From the NCBI RefSeq assembly GCF_009914755.1, contig NC_060925.1: a stretch of 64,000 nucleotides of DNA; one strand, 5' to 3'. The stretch comes from the human T2T-CHM13v2.0 reference genome, Homo sapiens. Under the pieces are notes generated by a model, which worked only from the letters and a program-made list of their open reading frames with translations, was not told the DNA's origin and ran no database searches. Position 1 is the stretch's first letter, and every line of letters starts with the position of its first letter. The position numbers and the translations under genes were made by a program. Below are positions 1-13,700 of the stretch, piece by piece.

Positions 1-3000
1 GACTCATCATCCAATGGATTCAAAAGGAATCATCGAATAAAATTGATTGAAATCATCATCAAATGGATTCGAATGGTACCATTGAAAGGAATCGAATGGA
101 ATCATCATCAGATGGAAATGAATGGAATCGTCATAGAATGGAATCGAATGGATTCATTGAATGGAATCAGATGGAATCATCGAATGGACTGGAATGGAAT
201 CATTGAATGGACTCGAAAGAGATCATTGTTGAATGGAATTGAATGGAATCATCGAATGGTCTCGATTGGAATCATTATCAAATGGAATCGAATGGAATCA
301 CCGAATAGAATCGAATGGAACAATCATCGAATGGAGTCAAATGGAATTATCCTCAAATGGAATCGAATGGAATTATCGAATGCAATCGAATGGAATTATC
401 GAATGCAATCGACTAGAATCATCGAATGGACTCGAATGGAATCATCGAGTATAATGGTATGGAACAGTCAATGAACTCGAATGGAATCATCATTGAATGG
501 AATCGAATGGAATCATCGAGTGGAATCGAATGGAATTATGATCAAATGGAATCGAATGTAATCATCATCAAATGGAATCAAAAATAACCATCATCAGTTG
601 GTATTGAATGGAATTGTCATCAAATGGAATTCAAAGGAATCATCATCAAATGGAACCGAATGGAATCCTCATTGAATGGAAATGAAAGGGGTCATCATCT
701 AATGGAATCACATGGAATCATCATCAAATGGAATCGAATGGAATCATCATCAAATGGAATCTAATGGAATCATTGAACAGAATTGAATGGAATCGTCATC
801 GAATGAATTGAATGCAATCATCGAATGGTCTCGAATGGAATCATCTTCTAATGGAAAGGAATGGAATCATCGCATAGAATCGAATGGAATTAACATTGAA
901 TGGACTCGAATGGAATCAACATCAAACGGAATCAAGCGGAATTATCGAATGGAATCGAAGAGAATCATCGAATGGACTCGAATGGAATCATCTAATGGAA
1001 TGGAATGGAATAATCCACGGACTCGAATGCAATCATCATCGTATAGAATCGAATGGAATCATCGAATGGACTCGAATGGAATAATCATTGAACGGAATCG
1101 AATGGAATCATCATCGGATGGAAATGAATGGAATCATCATCGAATGGAATCGAATAGAATTATGGAATGAAATCCAGTGTGATCATCATCGAATGGACCA
1201 GAATGGAATCATCATCCAACGGAAGCTAACGGAATCAACATCGAATGAATCGAATGGAAACACCATCGAATTGAAAGGAATGGAATTATCATGAAATTGA
1301 AATGGATGGACTCATCATCGAATGGATTCGAATTGAATCATCGAATAAAATTGATTAAAATCATCATCAAATGGAATCGAATGGTATCATTGAATGGAAT
1401 CGAATGGAATCATCATCAGATGGAAATGAATGGAATCGTCATAGAATGGAATCGAATGGATTCATTGAATGGAATCAGATGGAATCAACGAATGGACTGG
1501 AATGGAATCATTGAATGGACTCGAAAGGGATCATTGTTGAATGGAATTGAATGGAATCATCGAATGGTCTCGATTGGAATCATTATCAAATGGAATCGAA
1601 TGGAATCACCGAATAGAATCGAATGGAACAATCATCGAATGGAGTCAAATGGAATTATCCTCAAATGGAATTGAATGGAATTATCGAATGCAATCGAATG
1701 GAATTATCGAATGCAATAGAATAGAATCATCAAATGGACTCGAATGGAATCATCGAATGGAATGGAATGGAACAGTCAATGAACTCGAATGGAATCATCA
1801 TTGAATGGAATCGAATGGAATCATCGAGTGGAATCGAATGGAATTATGATCAAACGGAATCGAATGTAATCATCATCAAATGGAATCAAAAATAACCATC
1901 ATCAATTGGTATTGAATGGAATTGTCATCAAATGGAATTCAAAGGAATCATCATCAAATGGAACCGAATGGAATCCTCATTGAATGGAAATGAAAGGAGT
2001 CATCATCTAATGGAATCGCATGGAGTCATCATCAAATGGAATCGCATGGAATCATCATCAAATGGAATCGAATGGAATTATCATTAAATGGAATCTAATG
2101 GAATCATTGAACAGAATTGAATGGAATCGTCATCGAATGAATTGAATGCAATCATCGAATGGTCTCGAATGGAATCATCTTCTAATGGAAAGGAATGGAA
2201 TCATCGCATAGAATCGAATGGAATTAACATTGATGGACTCGAATGGAATCAACATCAAACGGAATTAAGCGGAATTATCGAATAGAATCGAAGAGAATCA
2301 TCGAATGGACTCGAATGGAATCATCTAATGGAATGGAATGGAATAATCCCCAGACTCGAATGCAATCATCATCGTATAGAATCGAGTGGAATCATCGAAT
2401 GGACTCGAATGGAATAATCATCGGATGGATACGAATGGATTCATCATCGAATGGAAATGAAAGGAGTCATCATCTAATGGAATTGCATGGAATCATCATA
2501 AAATGGAATTGAATGGAATCAACATCAAATGGAATCAAATGGAATCATTGAACGGAATTGAATGGAATCGTCATCGAATGAATTGAATGCAATCATCGAA
2601 TGTTCTCAAATGGAATCATCTTCAAATGGAATGGAATGGAATCATCGCATAGAATCGAATGGAATTATCATCGAATGGAATCGAATGGTATCAACATAAA
2701 ATGGAAAAAAACGGAATTATCGAATGGAATCGAAGAGAATCATCGAATGGACCCGAATGGAATCATCTAATGGAATGGAATGGAATAATCCATGGACTCG
2801 AATGCAGTCATCATCGAATGGAATCGAATGGAATCATCGAATGGACTCGAATGGAATAATCATTGAACGGAATCGAATGGAATCATCATCGGATGGAAAT
2901 GAGTGGAATCATCATCGAATGGAATCGAATATAATTATGGAATGAAATCTAGTGTGATCATCATCGAATGGACCCGAATGGAATCATCATCCAACGGAAG

Positions 3001-6000
3001 CTAATGGTATCAACTTCGAATGAATCGAATGGAAACACCATCGAATTGAAAGGAATGGAATTATCATGAAATTGAAATGGATGGACTCATCATCCAATGG
3101 ATTCAAAAGGAATCATCGAATAAAATTGATTGAAATCATCATCAAATGGATTCGAATGGTACCATTGAAAGGAATCGAATGGAATCATCATCAGATGGAA
3201 ATGAATGGAATCGTCATAGAATGGAATCGAATGGATTCATTGAATGGAATCAGATGGAATCATCGAATGGACTGGAATGGAATCATTGAATGGACTCGAA
3301 AGAGATCATTGTTGAATGGAATTGAATGGAATCATCGAATGGTCTCGATTGGAATCATTATCAAATGGAATCGAATGGAATCACCGAATAGAATCGAATG
3401 GAACAATCATCGAATGGAGTCAAATGGAATTATCCTCAAATGGAATTGAATGGAATTATCGAATGCAATCGAATGGAATTATCGAATGCAATAGAATAGA
3501 ATCATCAAATGGACTCGAATGGAATCATCGAATGGAATGGAATGGAACAGTCAATGAACTCGAATGGAATCATCATTGAATGGAATCGAATGGAATCATC
3601 GAGTGGAATCGAATGGAATTATGATCAAACGGAATCGAATGTAATCATCATCAAATGGAATCAAAAATAACCATCATCAATTGGTATTGAATGGAATTGT
3701 CATCAAGTGGAATTCAAAGGAATCATCATCAAATGGAACCGAATGGAATCCTCATTGAATGGAAATGAAAGGAGTCATCATCTAATGGAATCGCATGGAG
3801 TCATCATCAAATGGAATCGCATGGAATCATCATCAAATGGAATCGAATGGAATTATCATTAAATGGAATCTAATGGAATCATTGAACAGAATTGAATGGA
3901 ATCGTCATCGAATGAATTGAATGCAATCATCGAATGGTCTCGAATGGAATCATCTTCTAATGGAAAGGAATGGAATCATCGCATAGAATCGAATGGAATT
4001 AACATTGATGGACTCGAATGGAATCAACATCAAACGGAATTAAGCGGAATTATCGAATGGAATCGAAGAGAATCATCGAATGGACTCGAATGGAATCATC
4101 TAATGGAATGGAATGGAATAATCCCCGGACTCGAATGCAATCATCATCGTATAGAATCGAGTGGAATCATCGAATGGACTCGAATGGAATAATCATCGGA
4201 TGGATACGAATGGATTCATCATCGAATGGAAATGAAAGGAGTCATCATCTAATGGAATTGCATGGAATCATCATAAAATGGAATTGAATGGAATCAACAT
4301 CAAATGGAATCAAATGGAATCATTGAACGGAATTGAATGGAATCGTCATCGAATGAATTGAATGCAATCATCGAATGGTCTCAAATGGAATCATCTTCAA
4401 ATGGAATGGAATGGAATCATCGCATAGAATCGAATGGAATTATCATCGAATGGAATCGAATGGTATCAACATAAAATGGAAAAAAACGGAATTATCGAAT
4501 GGAATCGAAGAGAATCATCGAATGGACCCGAATGGAATCATCTAATGGAATGGAATGGAATAATCCATGGACTCGAATGCAGTCATCATCGAATGGAATC
4601 GAATGGAATCATCGAATGGACTCGAATGGAATAATCATTGAACGGAATCGAATGGAATCATCATCGGATGGAAATGAGTGGAATCATCATCGAATGGAAT
4701 CGAATAGAATTATGGAATGAAATCTAGTGTGATCATCATCGAATGGACCCGAATGGAATCATCATCCAACGGAAGCTAATGGTATCAACTTCGAATGAAT
4801 CGAATGGAAACACCATCGAATTGAAAGGAATGGAATTATCATGAAATTGAAATGGATGGACTCATCATCCAATGGATTCAAAAGGAATCATCGAATAAAA
4901 TTGATTGAAATCATCATCAAATGGATTCGAATGGTACCATTGAAAGGAATCGAATGGAATCATCATCAGATGGAAATGAATGGAATCGTCATAGAATGGA
5001 ATCGAATGGATTCATTGAATGGAATCAGATGGAATCATCGAATGGACTGGAATGGAATCATTGAATGGACTCGAAAGAGATCATTGTTGAATGGAATTGA
5101 ATGGAATCATCGAATGGTCTCGATTGGAATCATTATCAAATGGAATCGAATGGAATCACCGAATAGAATCGAATGGAACAATCATCGAATGGAGTCAAAT
5201 GGAATTATCCTCAAATGGAATCGAATGGAATTATCGAATGCAATCGAATGGAATTATCGAATGCAATCGACTAGAATCATCGAATGGACTCGAATGGAAT
5301 CATCGAGTATAATGGTATGGAACAGACAATGAACTCGAATGGAATCATCATTGAATGGAATCGAATGGAATCATCGAGTGGAATCGAATGGAATTATGAT
5401 CAAATGGAATCGAATGTAATCATCATCAAATGGAATCAAAAATAACCATCATCAGTTGGTATTGAATGGAATTGTCATCAAATGGAATTCAAAGGAATCA
5501 TCATCAAATGGAACCGAATGGAATCCTCATTGAATGGAAATGAAAGGGGTCATCATCTAATGGAATCACATGGAATCATCATCAAATGGAATCGAATGGA
5601 ATCATCATCAAATGGAATCTAATGGAATCATTGAACAGAATTGAATGGAATCGTCATCGAATGAATTGAATGCAATCATCGAATGGTCTCGAATGGAATC
5701 ATCTTCTAATGGAAAGGAATGGAATCATCGCATAGAATCGAATGGAATTAACATTGAATGGACTCGAATGGAATCAACATCAAACGGAATCAAGCGGAAT
5801 TATCGAATGGAATCGAAGAGAATCATCGAATGGACTCGAATGGAATCATCTAATGGAATGGAATGGAATAATCCACGGACTCGAATGCAATCATCATCGT
5901 ATAGAATCGAATGGAATCATCGAATGGACTCGAATGGAATAATCATTGAACGGAATCGAATGGAATCATCATCGGATGGAAATGAATGGAATCATCATCG

Positions 6001-9000
6001 AATGGAATCGAATAGAATTATGGAATGAAATCCAGTGTGATCATCATCGAATGGACCAGAATGGAATCATCATCCAACGGAAGCTAACGGAATCAACATC
6101 GAATGAATCGAATGGAAACACCATCGAATTGAAAAGAATGGAATTATCATGAAATTGAAATGGATGGACTCATCATCGAATGGATTCGAATTGAATCATC
6201 GAATAAAATTGATTAAAATCATCATCAAATGGAATCGAATGGTATCATTGAATGGAATCGAATGGAATCATCATCAGATGGAAATGAATGGAATCGTCAT
6301 AGAATGGAATCGAATGGATTCATTGAATGGAATCAGATGGAATCAACGAATGGACTGGAATGGAATCATTGAATGGACTCGAAAGGGATCATTGTTGAAT
6401 GGAATTGAATGGAATCATCGAATGGTCTCGATTGGAATCATTATCAAATGGAATCGAATGGAATCACCGAATAGAATCGAATGGAACAATCATCGAATGG
6501 AGTCAAATGGAATTATCCTCAAATGGAATTGAATGGAATTATCGAATGCAATCGAATGGAATTATCGAATGCAATAGAATAGAATCATCAAATGGACTCG
6601 AATGGAATCATCGAATGGAATGGAATGGAACAGTCAATGAACTCGAATGGAATCATCATTGAATGGAATCGAATGGAATCATCGAGTGGAATCGAATGGA
6701 ATTATGATCAAACGGAATCGAATGTAATCATCATCAAATGGAATCAAAAATAACCATCATCAATTGGTATTGAATGGAATTGTCATCAAATGGAATTCAA
6801 AGGAATCATCATCAAATGGAACCGAATGGAATCCTCATTGAATGGAAATGAAAGGAGTCATCATCTAATGGAATCGCATGGAGTCATCATCAAATGGAAT
6901 CGCATGGAATCATCATCAAATGGAATCGAATGGAATTATCATTAAATGGAATCTAATGGAATCATTGAACAGAATTGAATGGAATCGTCATCGAATGAAT
7001 TGAATGCAATCATCGAATGGTCTCGAATGGAATCATCTTCTAATGGAAAGGAATGGAATCATCGCATAGAATCGAATGGAATTAACATTGATGGACTCGA
7101 ATGGAATCAACATCAAACGGAATTAAGCGGAATTATCGAATAGAATCGAAGAGAATCATCGAATGGACTCGAATGGAATCATCTAATGGAATGGAATGGA
7201 ATAATCCCCAGACTCGAATGCAATCATCATCGTATAGAATCGAGTGGAATCATCGAATGGACTCGAATGGAATAATCATCGGATGGATACGAATGGATTC
7301 ATCATCGAATGGAAATGAAAGGAGTCATCATCTAATGGAATTGCATGGAATCATCATAAAATGGAATTGAATGGAATCAACATCAAATGGAATCAAATGG
7401 AATCATTGAACGGAATTGAATGGAATCGTCATCGAATGAATTGAATGCAATCATCGAATGGTCTCAAATGGAATCATCTTCAAATGGAATGGAATGGAAT
7501 CATCGCATAGAATCGAATGGAATTATCATCGAATGGAATCGAATGGTATCAACATAAAATGGAAAAAAACGGAATTATCGAATGGAATCGAAGAGAATCA
7601 TCGAATGGACCCGAATGGAATCATCTAATGGAATGGAATGGAATAATCCATGGACTCGAATGCAGTCATCATCGAATGGAATCGAATGGAATCATCGAAT
7701 GGACTCGAATGGAATAATCATTGAACGGAATCGAATGGAATCATCATCGGATGGAAATGAGTGGAATCATCATCGAATGGAATCGAATAGAATTATGGAA
7801 TGAAATCTAGTGTGATCATCATCGAATGGACCCGAATGGAATCATCATCCAACGGAAGCTAATGGTATCAACTTCGAATGAATCGAATGGAAACACCATC
7901 GAATTGAAAGGAATGGAATTATCATGAAATTGAAATGGATGGACTCATCATCCAATGGATTCAAAAGGAATCATCGAATAAAATTGATTGAAATCATCAT
8001 CAAATGGATTCGAATGGTACCATTGAAAGGAATCGAATGGAATCATCATCAGATGGAAATGAATGGAATCGTCATAGAATGGAATCGAATGGATTCATTG
8101 AATGGAATCAGATGGAATCATCGAATGGACTGGAATGGAATCATTGAATGGACTCGAAAGAGATCATTGTTGAATGGAATTGAATGGAATCATCGAATGG
8201 TCTCGATTGGAATCATTATCAAATGGAATCGAATGGAATCACCGAATAGAATCGAATGGAACAATCATCGAATGGAGTCAAATGGAATTATCCTCAAATG
8301 GAATTGAATGGAATTATCGAATGCAATCGAATGGAATTATCGAATGCAATAGAATAGAATCATCAAATGGACTCGAATGGAATCATCGAATGGAATGGAA
8401 TGGAACAGTCAATGAACTCGAATGGAATCATCATTGAATGGAATCGAATGGAATCATCGAGTGGAATCGAATGGAATTATGATCAAACGGAATCGAATGT
8501 AATCATCATCAAATGGAATCAAAAATAACCATCATCAATTGGTATTGAATGGAATTGTCATCAAGTGGAATTCAAAGGAATCATCATCAAATGGAACCGA
8601 ATGGAATCCTCATTGAATGGAAATGAAAGGAGTCATCATCTAATGGAATCGCATGGAGTCATCATCAAATGGAATCGCATGGAATCATCATCAAATGGAA
8701 TCGAATGGAATTATCATTAAATGGAATCTAATGGAATCATTGAACAGAATTGAATGGAATCGTCATCGAATGAATTGAATGCAATCATCGAATGGTCTCG
8801 AATGGAATCATCTTCTAATGGAAAGGAATGGAATCATCGCATAGAATCGAATGGAATTAACATTGATGGACTCGAATGGAATCAACATCAAACGGAATTA
8901 AGCGGAATTATCGAATGGAATCGAAGAGAATCATCGAATGGACTCGAATGGAATCATCTAATGGAATGGAATGGAATAATCCCCGGACTCGAATGCAATC

Positions 9001-10790
9001 ATCATCGTATAGAATCGAGTGGAATCATCGAATGGACTCGAATGGAATAATCATCGGATGGATACGAATGGATTCATCATCGAATGGAAATGAAAGGAGT
9101 CATCATCTAATGGAATTGCATGGAATCATCATAAAATGGAATTGAATGGAATCAACATCAAATGGAATCAAATGGAATCATTGAACGGAATTGAATGGAA
9201 TCGTCATCGAATGAATTGAATGCAATCATCGAATGGTCTCAAATGGAATCATCTTCAAATGGAATGGAATGGAATCATCGCATAGAATCGAATGGAATTA
9301 TCATCGAATGGAATCGAATGGTATCAACATAAAATGGAAAAAAACGGAATTATCGAATGGAATCGAAGAGAATCATCGAATGGACCCGAATGGAATCATC
9401 TAATGGAATGGAATGGAATAATCCATGGACTCGAATGCAGTCATCATCGAATGGAATCGAATGGAATCATCGAATGGACTCGAATGGAATAATCATTGAA
9501 CGGAATCGAATGGAATCATCATCGGATGGAAATGAGTGGAATCATCATCGAATGGAATCGAATAGAATTATGGAATGAAATCTAGTGTGATCATCATCGA
9601 ATGGACCCGAATGGAATCATCATCCAACGGAAGCTAATGGTATCAACTTCGAATGAATCGAATGGAAACACCATCGAATTGAAAGGAATGGAATTATCAT
9701 GAAATTGAAATGGATGGACTCATCATCCAATGGATTCAAAAGGAATCATCGAATAAAATTGATTGAAATCATCATCAAATGGATTCGAATGGTACCATTG
9801 AAAGGAATCGAATGGAATCATCATCAGATGGAAATGAATGGAATCGTCATAGAATGGAATCGAATGGATTCATTGAATGGAATCAGATGGAATCATCGAA
9901 TGGACTGGAATGGAATCATTGAATGGACTCGAAAGAGATCATTGTTGAATGGAATTGAATGGAATCATCGAATGGTCTCGATTGGAATCATTATCAAATG
10001 GAATCGAATGGAATCACCGAATAGAATCGAATGGAACAATCATCGAATGGAGTCAAATGGAATTATCCTCAAATGGAATCGAATGGAATTATCGAATGCA
10101 ATCGAATGGAATTATCGAATGCAATCGACTAGAATCATCGAATGGACTCGAATGGAATCATCGAGTATAATGGTATGGAACAGTCAATGAACTCGAATGG
10201 AATCATCATTGAATGGAATCGAATGGAATCATCGAGTGGAATCGAATGGAATTATGATCAAATGGAATCGAATGTAATCATCATCAAATGGAATCAAAAA
10301 TAACCATCATCAGTTGGTATTGAATGGAATTGTCATCAAATGGAATTCAAAGGAATCATCATCAAATGGAACCGAATGGAATCCTCATTGAATGGAAATG
10401 AAAGGGGTCATCATCTAATGGAATCACATGGAATCATCATCAAATGGAATCGAATGGAATCATCATCAAATGGAATCTAATGGAATCATTGAACAGAATT
10501 GAATGGAATCGTCATCGAATGAATTGAATGCAATCATCGAATGGTCTCGAATGGAATCATCTTCTAATGGAAAGGAATGGAATCATCGCATAGAATCGAA
10601 TGGAATTAACATTGAATGGACTCGAATGGAATCAACATCAAACGGAATCAAGCGGAATTATCGAATGGAATCGAAGAGAATCATCGAATGGACTCGAATG
10701 GAATCATCTAATGGAATGGAATGGAATAATCCACGGACTCGAATGCAATCATCATCGTATAGAATCGAATGGAATCATCGAATGGACTCG
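1..10790 (+). repeat. Subfamily-A block 1: 4858-bp higher-order repeat (1308+1775+1775), about 2.2 copies
   Basis: Matching ORF markers recur at offset 4858 (233/5091/9949; 787/5645/10503; 1291/6149; 2243/7101; 3066/7924; 3896/8754). Diagnostic variants are GGAGTCAAATGG, GATCATTGTTG, AAATCTAGTGTG and KpnI GGTACC (75, 3158, 4933, 8016, 9791). Confidence 0.9.
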
Positions 10791-13700
10791 AAAGGAATAA
10801 TCATTGAACGGAATCGAATGGAATCATCATCGGATGGAAACGAATGGAATCATCATCGAATGGAAATGAAAGGAGTCATCATCTAATGGAATTGCATGGA
10901 ATCATCATAAAATGGAATCGAATGGAATCAACATCAAATGGAATCAAATGGAATCATTGAATGGAATTGAATGAGATCGTCATCGAATGAATTGAATGCA
11001 ATCATCGAATGGTCTCGAATGGAATCATCTTCAAATGGAATGGAATGGAATCATCGCATAGAATCGAATGGAATTATCATCGAATGGAATCGAATGGAAT
11101 CAACATCAAACGGAAAAAAACGGAATTATCGAATGGAATCGAAGAGAATCATCGAATGGACCCGAATGGAATCATCTAATGGAATGGAATGGAATAATCC
11201 ATGGACTCGAATGCAATCATCATCGAATGGAATCGAATGGAATCATCGAATGGACTCGAATGGAATAATCATTGAACGGAATCGAATGGAATCATCATCG
11301 GATGGAAATGAATGGAATCATCATCGAATGGAATCGAATAGAATTATGGAATGAAATCCAGTGTGATCATCATCGAATGGACCCGAATGGAATCATCATC
11401 CAACGGAAGCTAATGGAATCAACATCGAATGAATCGAATGGAAACACCATCGAATTGAAACGAATGGAATTATCATGAAATTGAAATGGATGGACTCATC
11501 ATCGAATGGATTCGAATGGAATCATCGAATAAAATTGATTGAAATCATCATCAAATGGAATCGAATGGTATCATTGAATGGAATCGAATGGAATCATCAT
11601 CAGATGGAAATGAATGGAATCGTCATAGAATGGAATCGAATGGATTCATTGAATGGAATCAGATGGAATCATCGAATGGACTGGAATGGAATCATTGAAT
11701 GGACTCGAAAGGGATCATTATTGAATGGAATTGAATGGAATCATCGAATGGTCTCGATTGGAATCATTACCAAATGGAATCGAATGGAATCACCGAATAG
11801 AATCGAATGGAACAATCATCGAATGGACTCAAATGGAATTACCCTCAAATGGAATCGAATGGAATTATCGAATGCACTCGAATGGAATTATCGAATGCAT
11901 TCGAATAGAATCATCGAATGGACTCGAATGGAATCATCGAATGGAATGGAATGGAACAGTCAATGAACTCGAATGGAATCATCATTGAATGGAATCGAAT
12001 GGAATCATCGAGTGGAATCGAATGGAATTATGATCAAATGGAATCGAATGTAATCATCAACAAATGGAATCAAAAATAACCATCATCAATTGGTATTGAA
12101 TGGAATTGTCATCAAATGGAATTCAAAGGAATCATCATCAAATGGAACCGAATGGAATCCTCATTGAATGGAAATGAAAGGGGTCATCATCTAAAGGAAT
12201 CGCATGGAATCATCATCAAATGGAATCGAATGGAATCATCATCAAATGGAATCTAATGGAATCATTGAACAGAATTGAATGGAATCGTCATCAAATTAAT
12301 TGAATGCAATCATCGAATGGTCTTGAATGCAATCATCTTCTAATGGAAAGGAATGGAATCATCGCATAGAATCGAATGGAATTAACATTGAATGGACTCG
12401 AATGGAATGAACATCAAACGGAATCAAGCGGAATTATCGAATGTAATCGAAGAGAACCATCGAATGGACTCGAATGGAATCATCTAATGGAATGGAATGG
12501 AATAATCCCCGGACTCGAATGCAATCATCATCGTATAGAATCGAATGGAATCATTGAATGGACTCGAATGGAATAATCATTGAACAGAATCGAATGGAAT
12601 CATCATCGGATAGAAACGAATGGAATCATCATCGAATGGAAATGAAAGGAGTCATCATCTAATGGAATTTCATGGAATCATCATAAAATGGAATCGAATG
12701 GAATCAACATCAAATGGAATCAAATGGAATCATTGAACGGAATTGAATGGAATCGTCATCGTATGAATTGAATGTAATCATCGAATGGTCTCGAATGGAA
12801 TCATCTTCAAATGGAATGGAATGGAATCATCGCATAGAATCGAATGGAATTATCATCGAATGTTATCGAATGGTATCAACAACAAACGGAACAAAACGGA
12901 ATTATCGAATGGAATCGAAGAGAATCATCGAACGGACCCGAATGGAATCATCTAATGGAATGGAATGTTATAATCCATGGACTCGAATGCAATCATCATC
13001 GAATGGAATCGAATGGAATCATCGAATGGAACCGAATGGAATAATCATTGAACGGAATCGAATGGAATCATCATCGGATGGAAACGAATGGAATCATCAT
13101 CGAATGGAAATGAAAGGAGTCATCTAATGGAATTGCACGGAATCAACATAAAATGGAATCGAATGGAATCAACATCAAATGGAATCAAATGGAATCATTG
13201 AACAGAATTGAATGGAATCGTCATCGAATGAATTGAATGCAATCATCGAATGGTCTCGAATGGAATCATCTTCTAATGGAAAGGAATGGAATCATCGCAT
13301 AGAATCGAATGGAATTAACATTGAATGGACTCGAATGGAATCAACATCAAACGGAATCAAGCGGAATTATCGAATGGAATCGAAGAGAATCATCGAATGG
13401 ACTCGAATGGAATCATCTAATGGAATGGAATGGAATAATCCATGGACTCGAATGCAATCATCATCGAATGGAATCGAATGGAATCATCGAATGGACTCGA
13501 ATGGAATAATCATTGAACGGAATCGAATGGAATCATCATCGGATGGAAACGAATGGAATCATCATCGAATGGAAATGAAAGGAGTCATCATCTAATGGAA
13601 TTGCATGGAATCATCATAAAATGGAATCGAATGGAATCGACATCAAATGGAATCAAATGGAATCATTGAAAGAAATTGAATGGAATCGTCGTCGAATGAA

